This document shows, piece by piece, positions 1 to 11,780 of a stretch of DNA of 64,000 nucleotides; the stretch's first letter is position 1, and each line of letters opens with the position of its first letter. The notes under the pieces are model-generated. The model saw only the letters and a program-made list of their open reading frames with translations, did no database searches and was not told the origin of the DNA. The DNA comes from Octopus sinensis (lineage: Eukaryota). Position numbers and translations under genes: made by a program. The stretch lies in NCBI RefSeq assembly GCF_006345805.1, contig NW_021833431.1, positions 11,309 through 75,308 on the forward strand. Reading direction: 5' to 3'.

Positions 1-264
1 TTATGTCAACATCAAGATGCACAAAAAGATGTTTAAAAAAAAACATACAAATTTCCACACGAAAGCACGTAACTTCAAACGTATCTTCTCTGATGTGAAT
101 TTGCTACCCAGGTATCGGTTAACCGAATTATCCATAACAAGATAATTCATTCAACTACTCAAATATATATATATATGGAGGCCAAACAGTCACATTCCTT
201 TTTCTTTATTTCTGTGGGAGATGTCAGTTATGTTGATATAGTTAAGTGTGCGTGTGTGAGTGAA

Positions 265-598
265 GGAGTACAGCTAAGTAGTCAAAAAAGCACCGGTCTC
301 ACAGCCATAGGGTAGAGGGTTCGATTCCCGGACCGGGCTGTGTGCTTTTTTCATTTTTTTTTCTTTTTTTTTGTTGAGCAAGACACTTTATTTGACGATG
401 ATCCAATTCACTCATCTTTGGAAATGAGTTGTGGCACCACTGGTACCAAGCTCTTTCGGCCTTTACCTTTACTTTGGATTACATTGGTAGCGTGAACTGG
501 GGAGGCTGATATCCATGGACGACATTCCGGACTTGTGCTTCTGAAGGAAACTTTCAAGGTGCTATTTCGTGATCATTCGTGACCGAAAGGGTTTTCTA
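265..598 (+). mobile_element. Old tRNA-derived SINE (family H)
   Basis: B-box-like gggttcgattccc at about 317, then ttgagcaagacacttta, similar to the element at 39572-39960. Confidence 0.55.
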
Positions 599-759
599 TG
601 TGTGTGTGTTGTTGTTGTTGTTGTTGTATGTTACCTCTTTGGCTACAACAGACCTGACAAAATGGTAAAAGCGCGGCCCTGGAGGATGGCGAGGAAGATG
701 AGCTGAAATAGCTTCTTTGAGGTTTCCATTCGAATTTGTAATCGTTCTCCGACAAAGCT

Positions 760-830
760 TACCGTATATACTCATGGATAGGTCACTCTTGTATATAAAT
801 CGGGCCGCAAATTTAGCGTTAAATCGTAGT
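760..830 (+). mobile_element. Terminal fragment of a pogo/Tigger-like (Tc1/mariner superfamily) DNA element
   Basis: Starts TA|CCGTATATACTC..., resembling the recalled terminus of pogo/Tigger-type elements. No second TIR found. Confidence 0.3.
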
Positions 831-1162
831 AGATTTTTTTCTGACTTTTGCACTATTTCTTTTCTTTTTGAAACTGAGTATAAGATAGTGTGACTAATAT
901 CATGAATAAACACCGTCAACATTTTTCAACTAAGAATTACAACGCAATATAATATATTTGTAGAAATTGGACCAGGGATCGAAACCGAGTCGCATTCTTC
1001 GCTTTTCCAGACATGATTGTTATCTATCACGCTAATGCTGCAGTAAAGACTTCTTAGTGTAGCACAAGGTTAAACAGTGTCCATTCCTTTTTCTTTATTT
1101 CTGTAGGAAATATTAGTAATGTTGATGTAGTAAGCCATTAATACGTTATCTTAACAATCAAC

Positions 1163-1360
1163 GGTGGCGAACTAGCGGAATCGTTAGCCTGTCCGACAAA
1201 ATGCTTAGCAGTATTTCGTTGTGAGTTCAAATTCCGCCAAGGTCGATAGAGCTTTTTAATCTATCAGGGTCGAAAAACTAACTGCTAATCATGTAATGAG
1301 GTCGATGCAATCGCCTACCCATCCCCTCCAAAACTTCTGGCCCTCTGCCAAAACTTTAAA
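1163..1360 (+). mobile_element. SINE family A, old copy with A2 tail
   Basis: ggtggcgaactagcggaatcgttagc...gagttcaaattccgccaaggtcga aligns to the young copies at 4060 and 43929. Confidence 0.7.
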
Positions 1361-1654
1361 GCATTAATTTGGCAATCCCCACAAAGACAAAGTCAACGTC
1401 TAGGAATTCGAATCCAGAGGATAATGAGAGAGAATTACAAACAGCCAAAAATATGAATATAGCTGCAACATAGATAGGCGCAGCGAATGGATTGTGCCAA
1501 GAATAAGTTCTCATAGTAATTACATGGTTGCGGTTTCAATTCTAAATTGCAGTGTGCTGTAGTTTATTCGAATATAGCCATGGGTTGATTAATAATTGTG
1601 TGAATAGAATTTCGTTGCCGAAAACTACAAAATCTTCTCGAATATATATATATA

Positions 1655-1853
1655 GGGAGAGTTTACGAAAAAAAAAAAAACAAAAGATGAAGACAGGTGG
1701 TGTAGAAAACAAACAGATGTATTAGTATAACGCTCAGGAATAGAAAAAGTATTTTACGTTTCGAGCCTACGCTCTTCTACAGAAAGGGACACAAAAAAAA
1801 CAAGGAGAGAAACAAGGAGAGAAAAAAATGTGTGTAGTGGCTAACGATCTATC

Positions 1854-1856
<3 letters not shown>
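1655..1856 (-). mobile_element. (TA)n-flanked short repeat, family E, carrying a hammerhead-like motif (Penelope-like-derived?)
   Basis: Reverse complement aligns to 17254-17478 (ctttctgt.gaagagc.taggctcgaaac...cctgtcttcatcttttg...gtaaact). (TA)n on both sides. Confidence 0.65.
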
Positions 1857-1894
<38 letters not shown>

Positions 1895-1896
<2 letters not shown>

Positions 1897-2015
1897 AATT
1901 CCACCGAGGTCGACTTTGCTTTTCATCCATTCGGGGTCGATGTAATCGACTTAATCCCTTTGTCTGTCCTTGTTTGTCACCTCTATGTTTAGCCCCTTTT
2001 GGGAAATAAAGAAAT
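1895..2015 (+). mobile_element. SINE A (A1 tail), 5'-truncated with an internal deletion
   Basis: aaattccaccgaggtcgactttgc...ggggtcgatgtaatcgacttaatccctttgtctgtcc...aaagaaata. The segment between the two internal ggggtcgat motifs is missing. Confidence 0.8.
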
Positions 2016-2724
2016 ATATATGTATATATTTATGTATATATATATATATATATATATTACACGTGTTAGAGAGGTGTAACGCAGAAGAGTACTCTCTATA
2101 TTATATAATTATGTGAGTCTAAGATATACAAAAATGGAAGCCTGAAAAATATCTAACAATCGTGATTATATAAGTTATTACATTAGACAGTAGTTCACGC
2201 ATTGAGCAACATCACGAAAATTTCTTTCAATGGGCATCACTCTGCCGATATCAGTTGATCGGAAAATTTGGGATTCGACGGACAATGTAGCTTAGACTGG
2301 ATCTTGCATCTAATGCCAAACAGTGAAAGAAATAAAGATGTTTTAAACATATAAGATTTTAGCAAGCATACAGCACCCAAGAAGAATTATATATGGTTTC
2401 TATCGATATATACACACAAGAAGCTACTTGGATAGCGAAAACAGGTAGATTTCAATACCGTTGAAAAGACAGGGCTAAGTTTATTAAATGGCACATGCTT
2501 GCAATAGCTGAAGAACAAAAGCATGCATCGAATAAATCACTGCTGAGAAACTAAGAGTTTTTAATGTAAGTGGTGTATGCCTCTGTCATTTAACATGTGT
2601 GTGTGTGTGTGTTCCCTTTTGGAATCGATAAAATATGTACCACTTCAGCATTGTGGTCGATGTTATTGTCTAATTCTTCCTCGTGAAATTATGTTACTTG
2701 GCCCAAAATTTGAAATCTTTTTCA

Positions 2725-2910
2725 ACCTGATAGAATCGTTTACACGCCGGACAAAATGCCAAACCACATTTCTTCCAGCGTTACATTCCCACTTCAAATT
2801 CTGCAGCGGTCAACTTTGCATTTCGTCCAATCGGTGTTAACAAAATATGTAGCAGTTAAACACCGAGGTCGATGAAATCGACTAGCCCCTGAAATTCCAG
2901 GTCCTTATTA
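2725..2910 (+). mobile_element. SINE A, degraded copy
   Basis: agaatcgtttacacgccggacaaaatg...ttcaaattctgcagcggtcaactttgc...gaggtcgatgaaatcgact. Confidence 0.55.
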
Positions 2911-2934
2911 TTATTTTAATTATCCGTGTTACTT

Positions 2935-3370
2935 TCGAGACAAGGCCAGGAATTAAAAAAAAAAAAAATCCAGTCGATTACATCGACCCCAGTGTAATAG
3001 TGCTTATTTTATCGACTCCGAAAGGATGACAGCAAAGTGAATTTCGACGAAATTTGATCTCACAATATATATTTCTTTACTACCTACAAGGGGCAAAACA
3101 CCGAGAGGACAAACAGATTAAGTCGATTATATCGACCCCAGTGCGTACCTGATACTTAATTTATCGACCCCGAATGGATGAAAGACAAAGTCGACCTCAG
3201 CGGAATTTGAACTCAGAACAAAACGGCAGACGAAATACGGCTTCGCATTTCGCCCGGCTTGCTAACGTATCTGCCAGCTCGCCGCCTTTGATCTCACAAT
3301 ATAAAGACGGTCCACATACCTCTAGACGTTTTATTCGGCGAGCTAATGATTCCTGCTGCCAACTAACTCA
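2935..3370 (-). mobile_element. Old SINE A host copy, split by a younger SINE A insertion
   Basis: The 3' part (2935-3069) and 5' part (3287-3370) flank the younger copy. Confidence 0.6.
3070..3286 (-). mobile_element. SINE A (A1 tail), full length, with 17-bp TSD
   Basis: TSD tttgatctcacaatata at 3053-3069 and 3287-3303. Confidence 0.9.
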
Positions 3371-3960
3371 CCACTATATATCGTTTGTATTATAATCAAA
3401 ACCAACAAGACACATTAAGGCACAGTTTAAGCGATTAATATAGTCGATCGCACCGTTCGTTCCTTGTGCCTCTGTCAGAAATCAATGTAATCGATTGAGT
3501 ATGATGTAATACATATATACAAAAGTCAGTGGAAGCCAGAGATTATCTGAACTCATTTCGTTAGTTTAAGAAAGGAAAGCACACACACTTCGGAACCAAT
3601 TACTTATTTCCTTCTACCGTTTCTGCCATTTCTTGTTTACAGTGTTTAATCACAACATAACTTGACAGAGATTGACATGACTGGATTAGGCGCAACGCCA
3701 GCAGTTGTAAGAGCAGCAGTAGTAGTAGTAGTAGGTTCGGTATAGCTTCAGCAACAGCATTGCTCGTAGTTGTATAAGCATCCACAGCAATGCAGAAGCG
3801 ACAGCAGCAGTATAGCAGCAGTAGTAATAGCAGTAGCAGCAGTAGTGAAAGTTATAAGATGTCAGCTGTAATTAAATAATAGCAGTAATCACATGCGACA
3901 GATTGTAAGCGCAACATCTTTCACAGAAAAGTTAATCGAGGCCGATCTATAAACGGTATC

Positions 3961-3963
3961 CCA

Positions 3964-4055
<92 letters not shown>
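3961..4055. repeat. (CA)n-(TA)n microsatellite
   Basis: Visible directly. Confidence 0.95.
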
Positions 4056-4059
4056 TAAA

Positions 4060-4290
4060 GGCGGAGAACTGGCAGAAACGTTAGCACGCCGGGTGAAAAG
4101 CTAAGCGGTATTTCGTCTGCCGCTACGTTCTGAGTTCAAATTCCGCCGAGGTCGACTTTGCCTTTCATTCTTTCGGGGTCGATTAAATAAGTACCAGTTA
4201 CGCGCTGGGGTCGATGTAATCGACTTAATCCCTTTGTCTGTCCTTGATTGTCCCCTCTATGTTTAGCCCTTTGTGGGTAGTAAAGAAATA
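4060..4290 (+). mobile_element. SINE A (A1 tail), full length
   Basis: ggcggagaactggcagaaacgttagc (A-box-like) ... gagttcaaattcc (B-box-like) ... gtagtaaagaaata. Many homologous copies in the window. Confidence 0.9.
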
Positions 4291-4384
4291 TATATATATA
4301 TGCGTATATACACACTTACGTACGTACTCTTGTGAGTGCGTTGTGGATCAAGCGTATATTTTTCTTAACATTTCTCTCGCACTG

Positions 4385-4430
<46 letters not shown>

Positions 4431-4433
<3 letters not shown>

Positions 4434-4710
4434 CTTCGAAACACGCATTGAGTCAAAACAGGGGCAGCCGAAGAAGGGGAATGTCCCTTGTATTGTTTGT
4501 CTTGTACTCTATTTTTTCGTTGTTAAAAAAAGTCCGTTTCTTTGTTTAGTTCTATGTTTTCGTTTCTCGTTGTGTTTTACGTCTATTTGTGGTGTCCTGT
4601 ACTCATATATGCATGTATATATACATGTAGATGTAGGTCTGTACATATATGTATGTATGAATGTATGTATGTATGTATGTATGCATATGTTTTATTTATT
4701 AAATTGTTAG
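4431..4710 (+). mobile_element. (TA)n-flanked repeat, family F
   Basis: Aligns to 31540-31784 (+) and 52464-52618 (-): ctatgttttcgtttctc.ttgtg...ggtgtcctgtactc.tatatgc.tgtatatatacatgtaga. Confidence 0.7.
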
Positions 4711-4750
<40 letters not shown>

Positions 4751-4869
4751 AAGGGGGAAGCTACATATTGAGACGATAAACACACACACGCATATATACT
4801 TATATACACACTCACGTACGTACTCTAGTGCATGCGTTGTGGATCAAGCGTATATTTTTCTAAACATTT

Positions 4870-5094
4870 GAGCTGGCAGAAACATTAGCACGCCGGGCGA
4901 AATGCGTAGCCGTATTTTGTCTGTCGTTACGTTCTGAGTTCAAATTCCGCCGAGGTCGACTTTGCCTTTCATCCTTTCGGGGTCGATAAATAAAGTACCA
5001 GTTTCCCACTGGGGTCGATGTAATCGACTTAATTCCATTATCTGTCCTTGTTTGTCCCCTCTATGTTTAGCCCATTGTCGGTAGTAAAGAAATA
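4870..5094 (+). mobile_element. SINE A (A1 tail), near full length
   Basis: Near-identical to 4060-4290. Confidence 0.9.
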
Positions 5095-5439
5095 CATTTT
5101 TCACACAATATCGCTTTATATATGTGTGTGTGTGTGTGGAGAGAGAGAGAGAGAGAGAGAGAGAAAGGGCGGGAGAGAGAGAAAGGGTGGGAGAGAGAGA
5201 GAGAGAGAGAGAGAGAGGGAAGCCATATATTGTGATTTTCTTGGGACTCGGGATTCAACGCTTTCGATAGAGATAACCTGTTGAGAATCCATGTACAATA
5301 ACGAGTTTAGGTTCCAGATACGTTAGGATTAATAATTCGATTATAATATGTATGATTATTATTGGTGGCTTCTACTTTGTACGTGTGTGTAAGAGAAAGG
5401 CGGAGGAAAGAGAGGGCACTTATGAAGAGTGGTGTGTGT

Positions 5440-5704
5440 TGTGTGTGTGACTATGTATTTCTATATGTGTATGTATGCATAAATATATATGTACACACAT
5501 ACACACACATAAATACGCACAAACACACATACATATATATATATATACATACACACACATAAACACAAGTATATATATATATACACACACATATATACAT
5601 ACGCACACATATCTATATACACATTCACGTATACACACTATGTATCCCAATATGTGTATGTATGCATACATATATATGTACACACATACACAGACATAAA
5701 TACG

Positions 5705-5748
<44 letters not shown>

Positions 5749-6000
5749 GCACACACATATATATACACACACATATATATGTGCACACATCTATATATAC
5801 ATTCACATACACACATATAGACACATATATACACACACACACACTTATATACACACACATATATACAGATATACACACACATACGTATATACACATGCAC
5901 ATATGTATACCCACATACACTCATACATACATACATACAAACATACACGCATATATATATACACACACACACGTGTGTGTGTCTGTATTCTTTGTGTGTA
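5440..6000. repeat. Compound (TA)/(CA) low-complexity tract
   Basis: Visible directly; source of the spurious YI/HT/VC ORFs. Confidence 0.95.
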
Positions 6001-6399
6001 TGTGGAACGCCTGTGCTTTAAGCTCCACACAAATCATGAGCTACATATGAAGCAGGCCTTGTCTCCATAAATCAAAAGCCGTGTAAATATACTAAGCAAA
6101 TTTATACAGAATCAAATTAAATATATATGCGAGCGCACCAAATATTTATACACGAGAATATGTATCAGTGTGAATGTTGTGCTTGCCAGACCTTGGTTCC
6201 GCTTGCCAGACCTTGGTTCCGCAAAACGTATGATCAAAAGTGCTGCAAATCTCACCAGCAAGCCATTTGTTTTTAATTGTCTTACCAATCTTTTTAGGCG
6301 TTTGGTTCGTTAGACCGCCGTCTCATTGGGCCTCCGAATGAATCGCCCCCACAGGAGTTAGTCTCAGAACTCGACAAGCTAGGCTTCTAATTTTCATTT

Positions 6400-6622
6400 T
6401 GGTGCTTACTTGTTCTATAGCTATCTTTTGTTGAACTGCTAAGTTGTGGGGGCGTAAACAAACCAAGAGCGGGTGCCCAACGATTGTGGGGAATAAATAC
6501 AGATACACATATTCGTATATACATATATGTGTGTGTGTCTGTGTGTCTACGTGAATGATGGGCTTCTACATAGTTTCTCTCTTACAAAATTCTCTCACAA
6601 ATTGATCGTCCTACAGCTGTTG
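6400..6622 (-). mobile_element. SINE B, old partial copy abutting a family D copy
   Basis: cttacttgttctatagctatcttttgttgaactgctaag...gatgggcttctacatagtttc aligns to family B. Confidence 0.55.
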
Positions 6623-6968
6623 TCTTCTTCTTCTTCTTCCATTCATGTCTCACGTCATTAGCCACAAAGTATAATCTCTAAATCGAGCCTACTCAAAGCT
6701 ACTAAAAATGCGTGTGGCAACTTTAAGATCCACCCACCACACGCGATAGACTGGCGGTTACAAGGGCGCAAAAGCTACGTTGTTATCCTCATTCCGTAAA
6801 CGGTGGTTTTTAACGGGTGGAGAGCTGAACCGTCCTGGGGTACAGAGGATTCGCATCTAGACTAGGGTCTGAAAGTTTACAACACCATAGTGGGTTACAC
6901 TATGGTTCTTCTGCTTTGTGGCAGAAGTAGGAAGAATGAGTGAGAGAAAGTTGTGGTGAAAGAGTGCA
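6623..6968 (-). mobile_element. SINE D (family C head + distinct tail ending in (GAA)n), 5'-truncated
   Basis: Aligns to 8463-8897 (+) and 47318-47784 (-). Confidence 0.85.
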
Positions 6969-7020
6969 CTCCGAAGTATTTTGGCCGGCGTGTTAACGAT
7001 TCTGCCAGCTTACCGTCTTC

Positions 7021-7140
7021 ATAATAATAATAATAATAACCCCTTCTATAGGTACAAGACCTGAAATTTTGGGGGAGGGGAATAATCGATTGAATCGACA
7101 GCAGTACTTGAACGGTATTTATATTATCGGTCTCGAAATG
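7021..7140 (-). mobile_element. SINE A 3' part (A2 tail) with (AAT)n
   Basis: cccttctataggtacaagacctgaaattttgggggagggg...atcgattgaatcgac, homologous to 54430-54500. Confidence 0.65.
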
Positions 7141-7150
7141 ATTATTATCA

Positions 7151-7194
<44 letters not shown>

Positions 7195-7265
7195 ATATCA
7201 TTATTATTATTATTATTATTAGTAGTAGTAGTAGTAGTAGTAGTAGTTGTAGTTGTAGTAGTGAT
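7141..7265. repeat. (ATT)n-(AGT)n microsatellite
   Basis: Visible directly. Confidence 0.95.
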
Positions 7266-8140
7266 GGTGGTCCTCTGTTGTTGATGACGACTCATTACGA
7301 GTTTTCAGAATTTTTCGAATAGCATTTCCTTTCTGTTTGAAGAGGGGTAGGTTGTGATATTGGGACAAATTGGTAATTATTTCCAGCAGGTCAAGAGACC
7401 ACTCAGAAAGTCTGTCGAAATGGAAGTCGAACTGTTAAGTGAAGGCAAAGTCGGCCTCAAAGCGCGCATGAAGTAGAGTGCATTTAGGATGTGATGATAC
7501 TGGAATCACGCGTTCCTTTTTCCTGTAGAATAATTAGAGGGAGTCTTCGATGATATATCGTATAGGTCGTACAAATGCCTATCATACTTCCTGGCTTTGC
7601 ATACAGGAATATTGTGCTTAGTGTTCGTAAAAGTACACGGGGAAGTTACACACGCACCCAGACAAACAGAGAAACACATTTGTATTATATTACATATATT
7701 AGCCCACTGAGGCTAATATATGCCAAATATAACAATATTATATATATATAATATGTAAGAATAACATATGTAGTATATACAATTATGTGGGTAATATATA
7801 TATTTTTACGTACCATAATAATGCAAGTCATAAAATATTAATATATGTAATGTGACCGGATTCTGGTGTCGCCCACTATAGTTGCCAATGTGTACTTTCT
7901 GGTTTAAGACAAAGATTTTGTTGTTGGAAAATATTTGTTGTTATTTCTCATAGATTGAGCGACAATTTTAAGTGTCTCTGAATGGTTTCCCCTATCGAAG
8001 TTCTATATGGAAATAAAGATGGCGGCTCGCATAAACAGAAGCCAGTCATTTTCTTACTTATTGGCTCATCAGAATAATTTTCTTTTCCTTTCTAGTCCGT
8101 ATATACATTCACAAACATAAATTTTTCCGAATACATTGTG

Positions 8141-8184
<44 letters not shown>

Positions 8185-8462
8185 ACACTTGTCCAAGGTT
8201 CCACGCAATGGGACCTATCACGGAGCTACGCGATCGGAAAACAAGCTCCTTACCACACAACCACACTTGCTTGTGTGTGTGTTCGATTGTGTATATGTGT
8301 GAGTATGTAAATTCTTTTTTATGCATTGAACTGCTTAACAAGCACACTATTTGAAAAATACGCATTATTGGAATTGCTTTCATAATTCATTCTAGAACAA
8401 TACCTATGTCTGTCCTTGTTTGTCCCCTCTGTGTTTCGCCCCTTGTGGGTAATAAAGAAATA

Positions 8463-8897
8463 GGTTGCAAGAGCACGGTTTCGAATCCCAGACCGAGTAT
8501 TGTGGGTGTTTATTGAGTAAAAACACCTATGCTCCACGAGGTTCTGGCGGGGATGGGTAGTGAACCCCTCTGTTCTCTTTCACAGCAACTTTCTCTCACT
8601 CATTCTTCCTACTTCTGCCATAACAGAGGAACCATGGTGTAACTCACTATGGTGTGGTAAACTTTCAGACCCTAGTCTAGATTGCGAATCCTCTGTACCA
8701 CTGGATGGTTCAGCTCTCCACCCGTTAAAAGCCACCGCTTACGGAATGACCTTTCGCGCCTGTGCAACCGCCAGTCTATCGCGTGTGGTAGGTGGATCTT
8801 CAAGTCTCCACACGCAATTTTAGTAGCTAGAGTAGGCTCGAATTAGAGATTATTCTTTGTGGCTAATGGGGTGAGTCCTGATTGAAGAAGAAGAAGA
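8463..8897 (+). mobile_element. SINE D, slightly 5'-truncated, joined to a SINE A tail fragment (8400-8462)
   Basis: ggtttcgaatcccagaccg (B-box-like), a body shared with family C, a D tail and a gaagaagaagaag end. Confidence 0.85.
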
Positions 8898-9072
8898 CAG
8901 CAACATAAAATAGCAAAATATTCCCCAAGGACAACATGTAACACAGGTACCGAGCTTTACAACCATGAGCCGTTTACCTTAACCATTAAGCGACGCACCT
9001 TCTCATACTTCGAACTTCTACGGTTAATAAAAATACACACACTGTCACATTCGCACTGTCTCTGCGCACGTG

Positions 9073-9114
<42 letters not shown>

Positions 9115-9139
9115 ATATATATATATTATATATATATAT

Positions 9140-9524
9140 ACTCTTTTACTTGTTTCAGTCATTTGACTGCGGCCGTGCTGGAGCACCGCCTTCAATAGTG
9201 CAACTCGACCCTGGGACTTATTCTTTTGTAAGCACAGTACTTATTCTATCGGTCTCTTTTGCCGAACCACTAAGTAACGGGGACATTAACACACCGGCAT
9301 CGGTTGTCAAGCAATGCTAGCGGGACAAACACAGATACACACACATATTTATATATATACATATATACGACGGGCTTCTTTCAGTTTCCGTCTACCAAAT
9401 CCACTCACAAGGCTTTGGTCGGCCCGAGGCTATAGTAGAAGACACCTGCCCAAGGTGCCACGCAGTGGGACTGAACCCGGAACCATGTGGTTGGTAAACA
9501 AGCTACTTACCACACAGCCACTCC
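9140..9524 (-). mobile_element. SINE B (tRNA head, CORE-like ccttgggcaagtg, internal microsatellite, AAAAGAGT tail)
   Basis: Highly similar to the copies at 13337, 14255, 34306, 41790 and 52051. Confidence 0.9.
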
Positions 9525-9899
9525 ATATATATATATATGTCAGTGTGTGTTTATAAGTATGTATGTTCGTATGCATACATACGTGTGTGTGTGCGTGCCT
9601 GCATACATATAAACATGTATGTGTGTGTCTACATTGATATTTAAGTCGACGGCGGTTGGAAAACGGTGTCTGTTTTTTATGGCTGTTTAGAATGCAATGA
9701 CTGTACCAAGCAGAAGAGTATGTCAATGTATGTAGCACTGTATGTTTAATACTTCTGTTTGTATAATTGCCAGAAATTGGGTTGTATAGTCTTCGTTGCT
9801 TGTGTCAGTTAAATTAAGCGTACATACTAACGATTATAAACATGTCCATTGACCTTCTCTCTTTGTCCTTTTTGTGTATGTATGTATTTGTCTTTATGT

Positions 9900-9901
9900 T
9901 T

Positions 9902-9959
<58 letters not shown>

Positions 9960-10024
9960 CATATCTATATACACACATATATATATATAAACATACTCAT
10001 ATATACACACATATATATATATAT

Positions 10025-10055
<31 letters not shown>

Positions 10056-10492
10056 AACATACTCATATATACACCACATATATATATAAACATACTCAAA
10101 TATACACACACATATATATAAACATACTCATATATACACACACACACATATATATAAAACACATACTCATATATATACACACATTTATATATAAACATAC
10201 TCATATATACACACATATATAAACATACTCATATGTATACACGCATATATATAAACATACTCATATATACACACATATATATATATAAACATATATATAT
10301 ACACACACATATATTTATAAACATATATATATACACACATATATATAAACATATATATACACACATATATATATAAACATACTCATGTATACACACACAC
10401 ATATATATATATATAAACATTCTCATATATACACACACATTTATAAACATATATATATATATACACACATATATATAAACATACACATATAT

Positions 10493-10525
<33 letters not shown>

Positions 10526-10555
10526 AATATACTCATATATACGCACATACACACA
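9900..10555. repeat. Minisatellite built from microsatellite motifs (unit about ATAAACATACTCATATATACACACAT)
   Basis: aaacatactcatatatac recurs throughout with variable TA/CA spacers. Confidence 0.85.
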
Positions 10556-10559
10556 TCGT

Positions 10560-11110
10560 TTACTTGTGTTCTCTTTAACTAAATCTTTCTCTTTCTCTCT
10601 TAATCTTTGTTTATATTTTCTTCACCCTCCGTTCTCTCCTGCTCTTCTCCTCCTTCTCCTCTTCTTTTTCTCCTCTCCTTCTCTCTCTGTCCTTCTCACC
10701 TCCCCCTCCGTCATATTTTCCTGCTGTTCCTTCGTGCTTCTTCCTCTGCTTTTTTCTTATCATTCATTCATTCATTCCAAACAAGATTCCTTCTCTTTAG
10801 TTACTGCCTTCATTAACACGCCATTCTGTTATCTCTCGTTTTTCTCTTTCTTCACATCCTCAGTTAATTCAAACGTGTGTAGCACCACCTCGTCTCTTTC
10901 TACTATATTTCTCATTCATAATATCTCTTCTCTCACTCAATCACTCCGTTTTCTTTCCTTCCTTTCTTCGCTCTCCTCATCCTTTCTCTCTCTATCTTAC
11001 CCGCTCTCATCCACTCGTTCACAAATTCAGCTCTCCATTCGATCTCCTATTCCCACGTATTCACCCAGCCGATTAATCATTCACTCAGCTATCCCCATAA
11101 ACTCATTCAT
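10560..11110. repeat. Polypyrimidine/polypurine low-complexity tract
   Basis: About 550 bp dominated by C/T on the + strand. Confidence 0.85.
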
Positions 11111-11780
11111 TTAACTATCACTTCAGCATCCGCTCACATTCACGCGCACGCGCACATATGGGCCCCACACATTTCCCGCCCCCCTCACACACGTACTCGC
11201 CCATTCATGCACTCTCCTTGTCAAATCCTGTTGCAGTCACCTGGTCAAATATTCACTCATTCGCGTTAGCTGAACGATGAAAAGAGAAATGCCGCGAAGA
11301 AAACTTAAAATAACAAAAAAATAAACAATAACCTAGTGAGGCCTTCTGCATAAAGAACACGCAGTTAAGTGAAGGACTAATCATAATATAGTCAGCAAAT
11401 AAAGGGAGATCGTTGTTAGTTAATTAAAATTGCTCACCTAATGAAGAAAATAATCGTTAGCTCTAATGATTAATAATAATTAAAGTTAATGATTTTTGTA
11501 GTTTTGATGGATGAAAGGGATTACCCACCCCAGCGAAATTTGAACCCGTCAAATTAGAGAATGATGCTACGAAATACTGTTTGTGATTCAGTCTTGTGTT
11601 GTAAACTTCTTGATCGTTATTGTCACTTCGATCCCTGCTGAGTAAGATACCGGATTATTGATTGCTTCTTCAGACACAACTTTTATTTTGAAAGATTATT
11701 TGTTGGTTTTTGTTTTGGTATTTGTACTCCTGCATCTCCTTTTAATCGACCAGACCGTTCATCAAAAACGTTCCAGCAAT

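Noticed and set aside
2080-2600. Possible Penelope GIY-YIG remnant (YIRQ...RIEQH)
   Set aside because: Too short and degenerate to support without a profile search.
6181-6222. Perfect 20-bp tandem duplication gcttgccagaccttggttcc
   Set aside because: Ordinary slippage duplication, two copies only.
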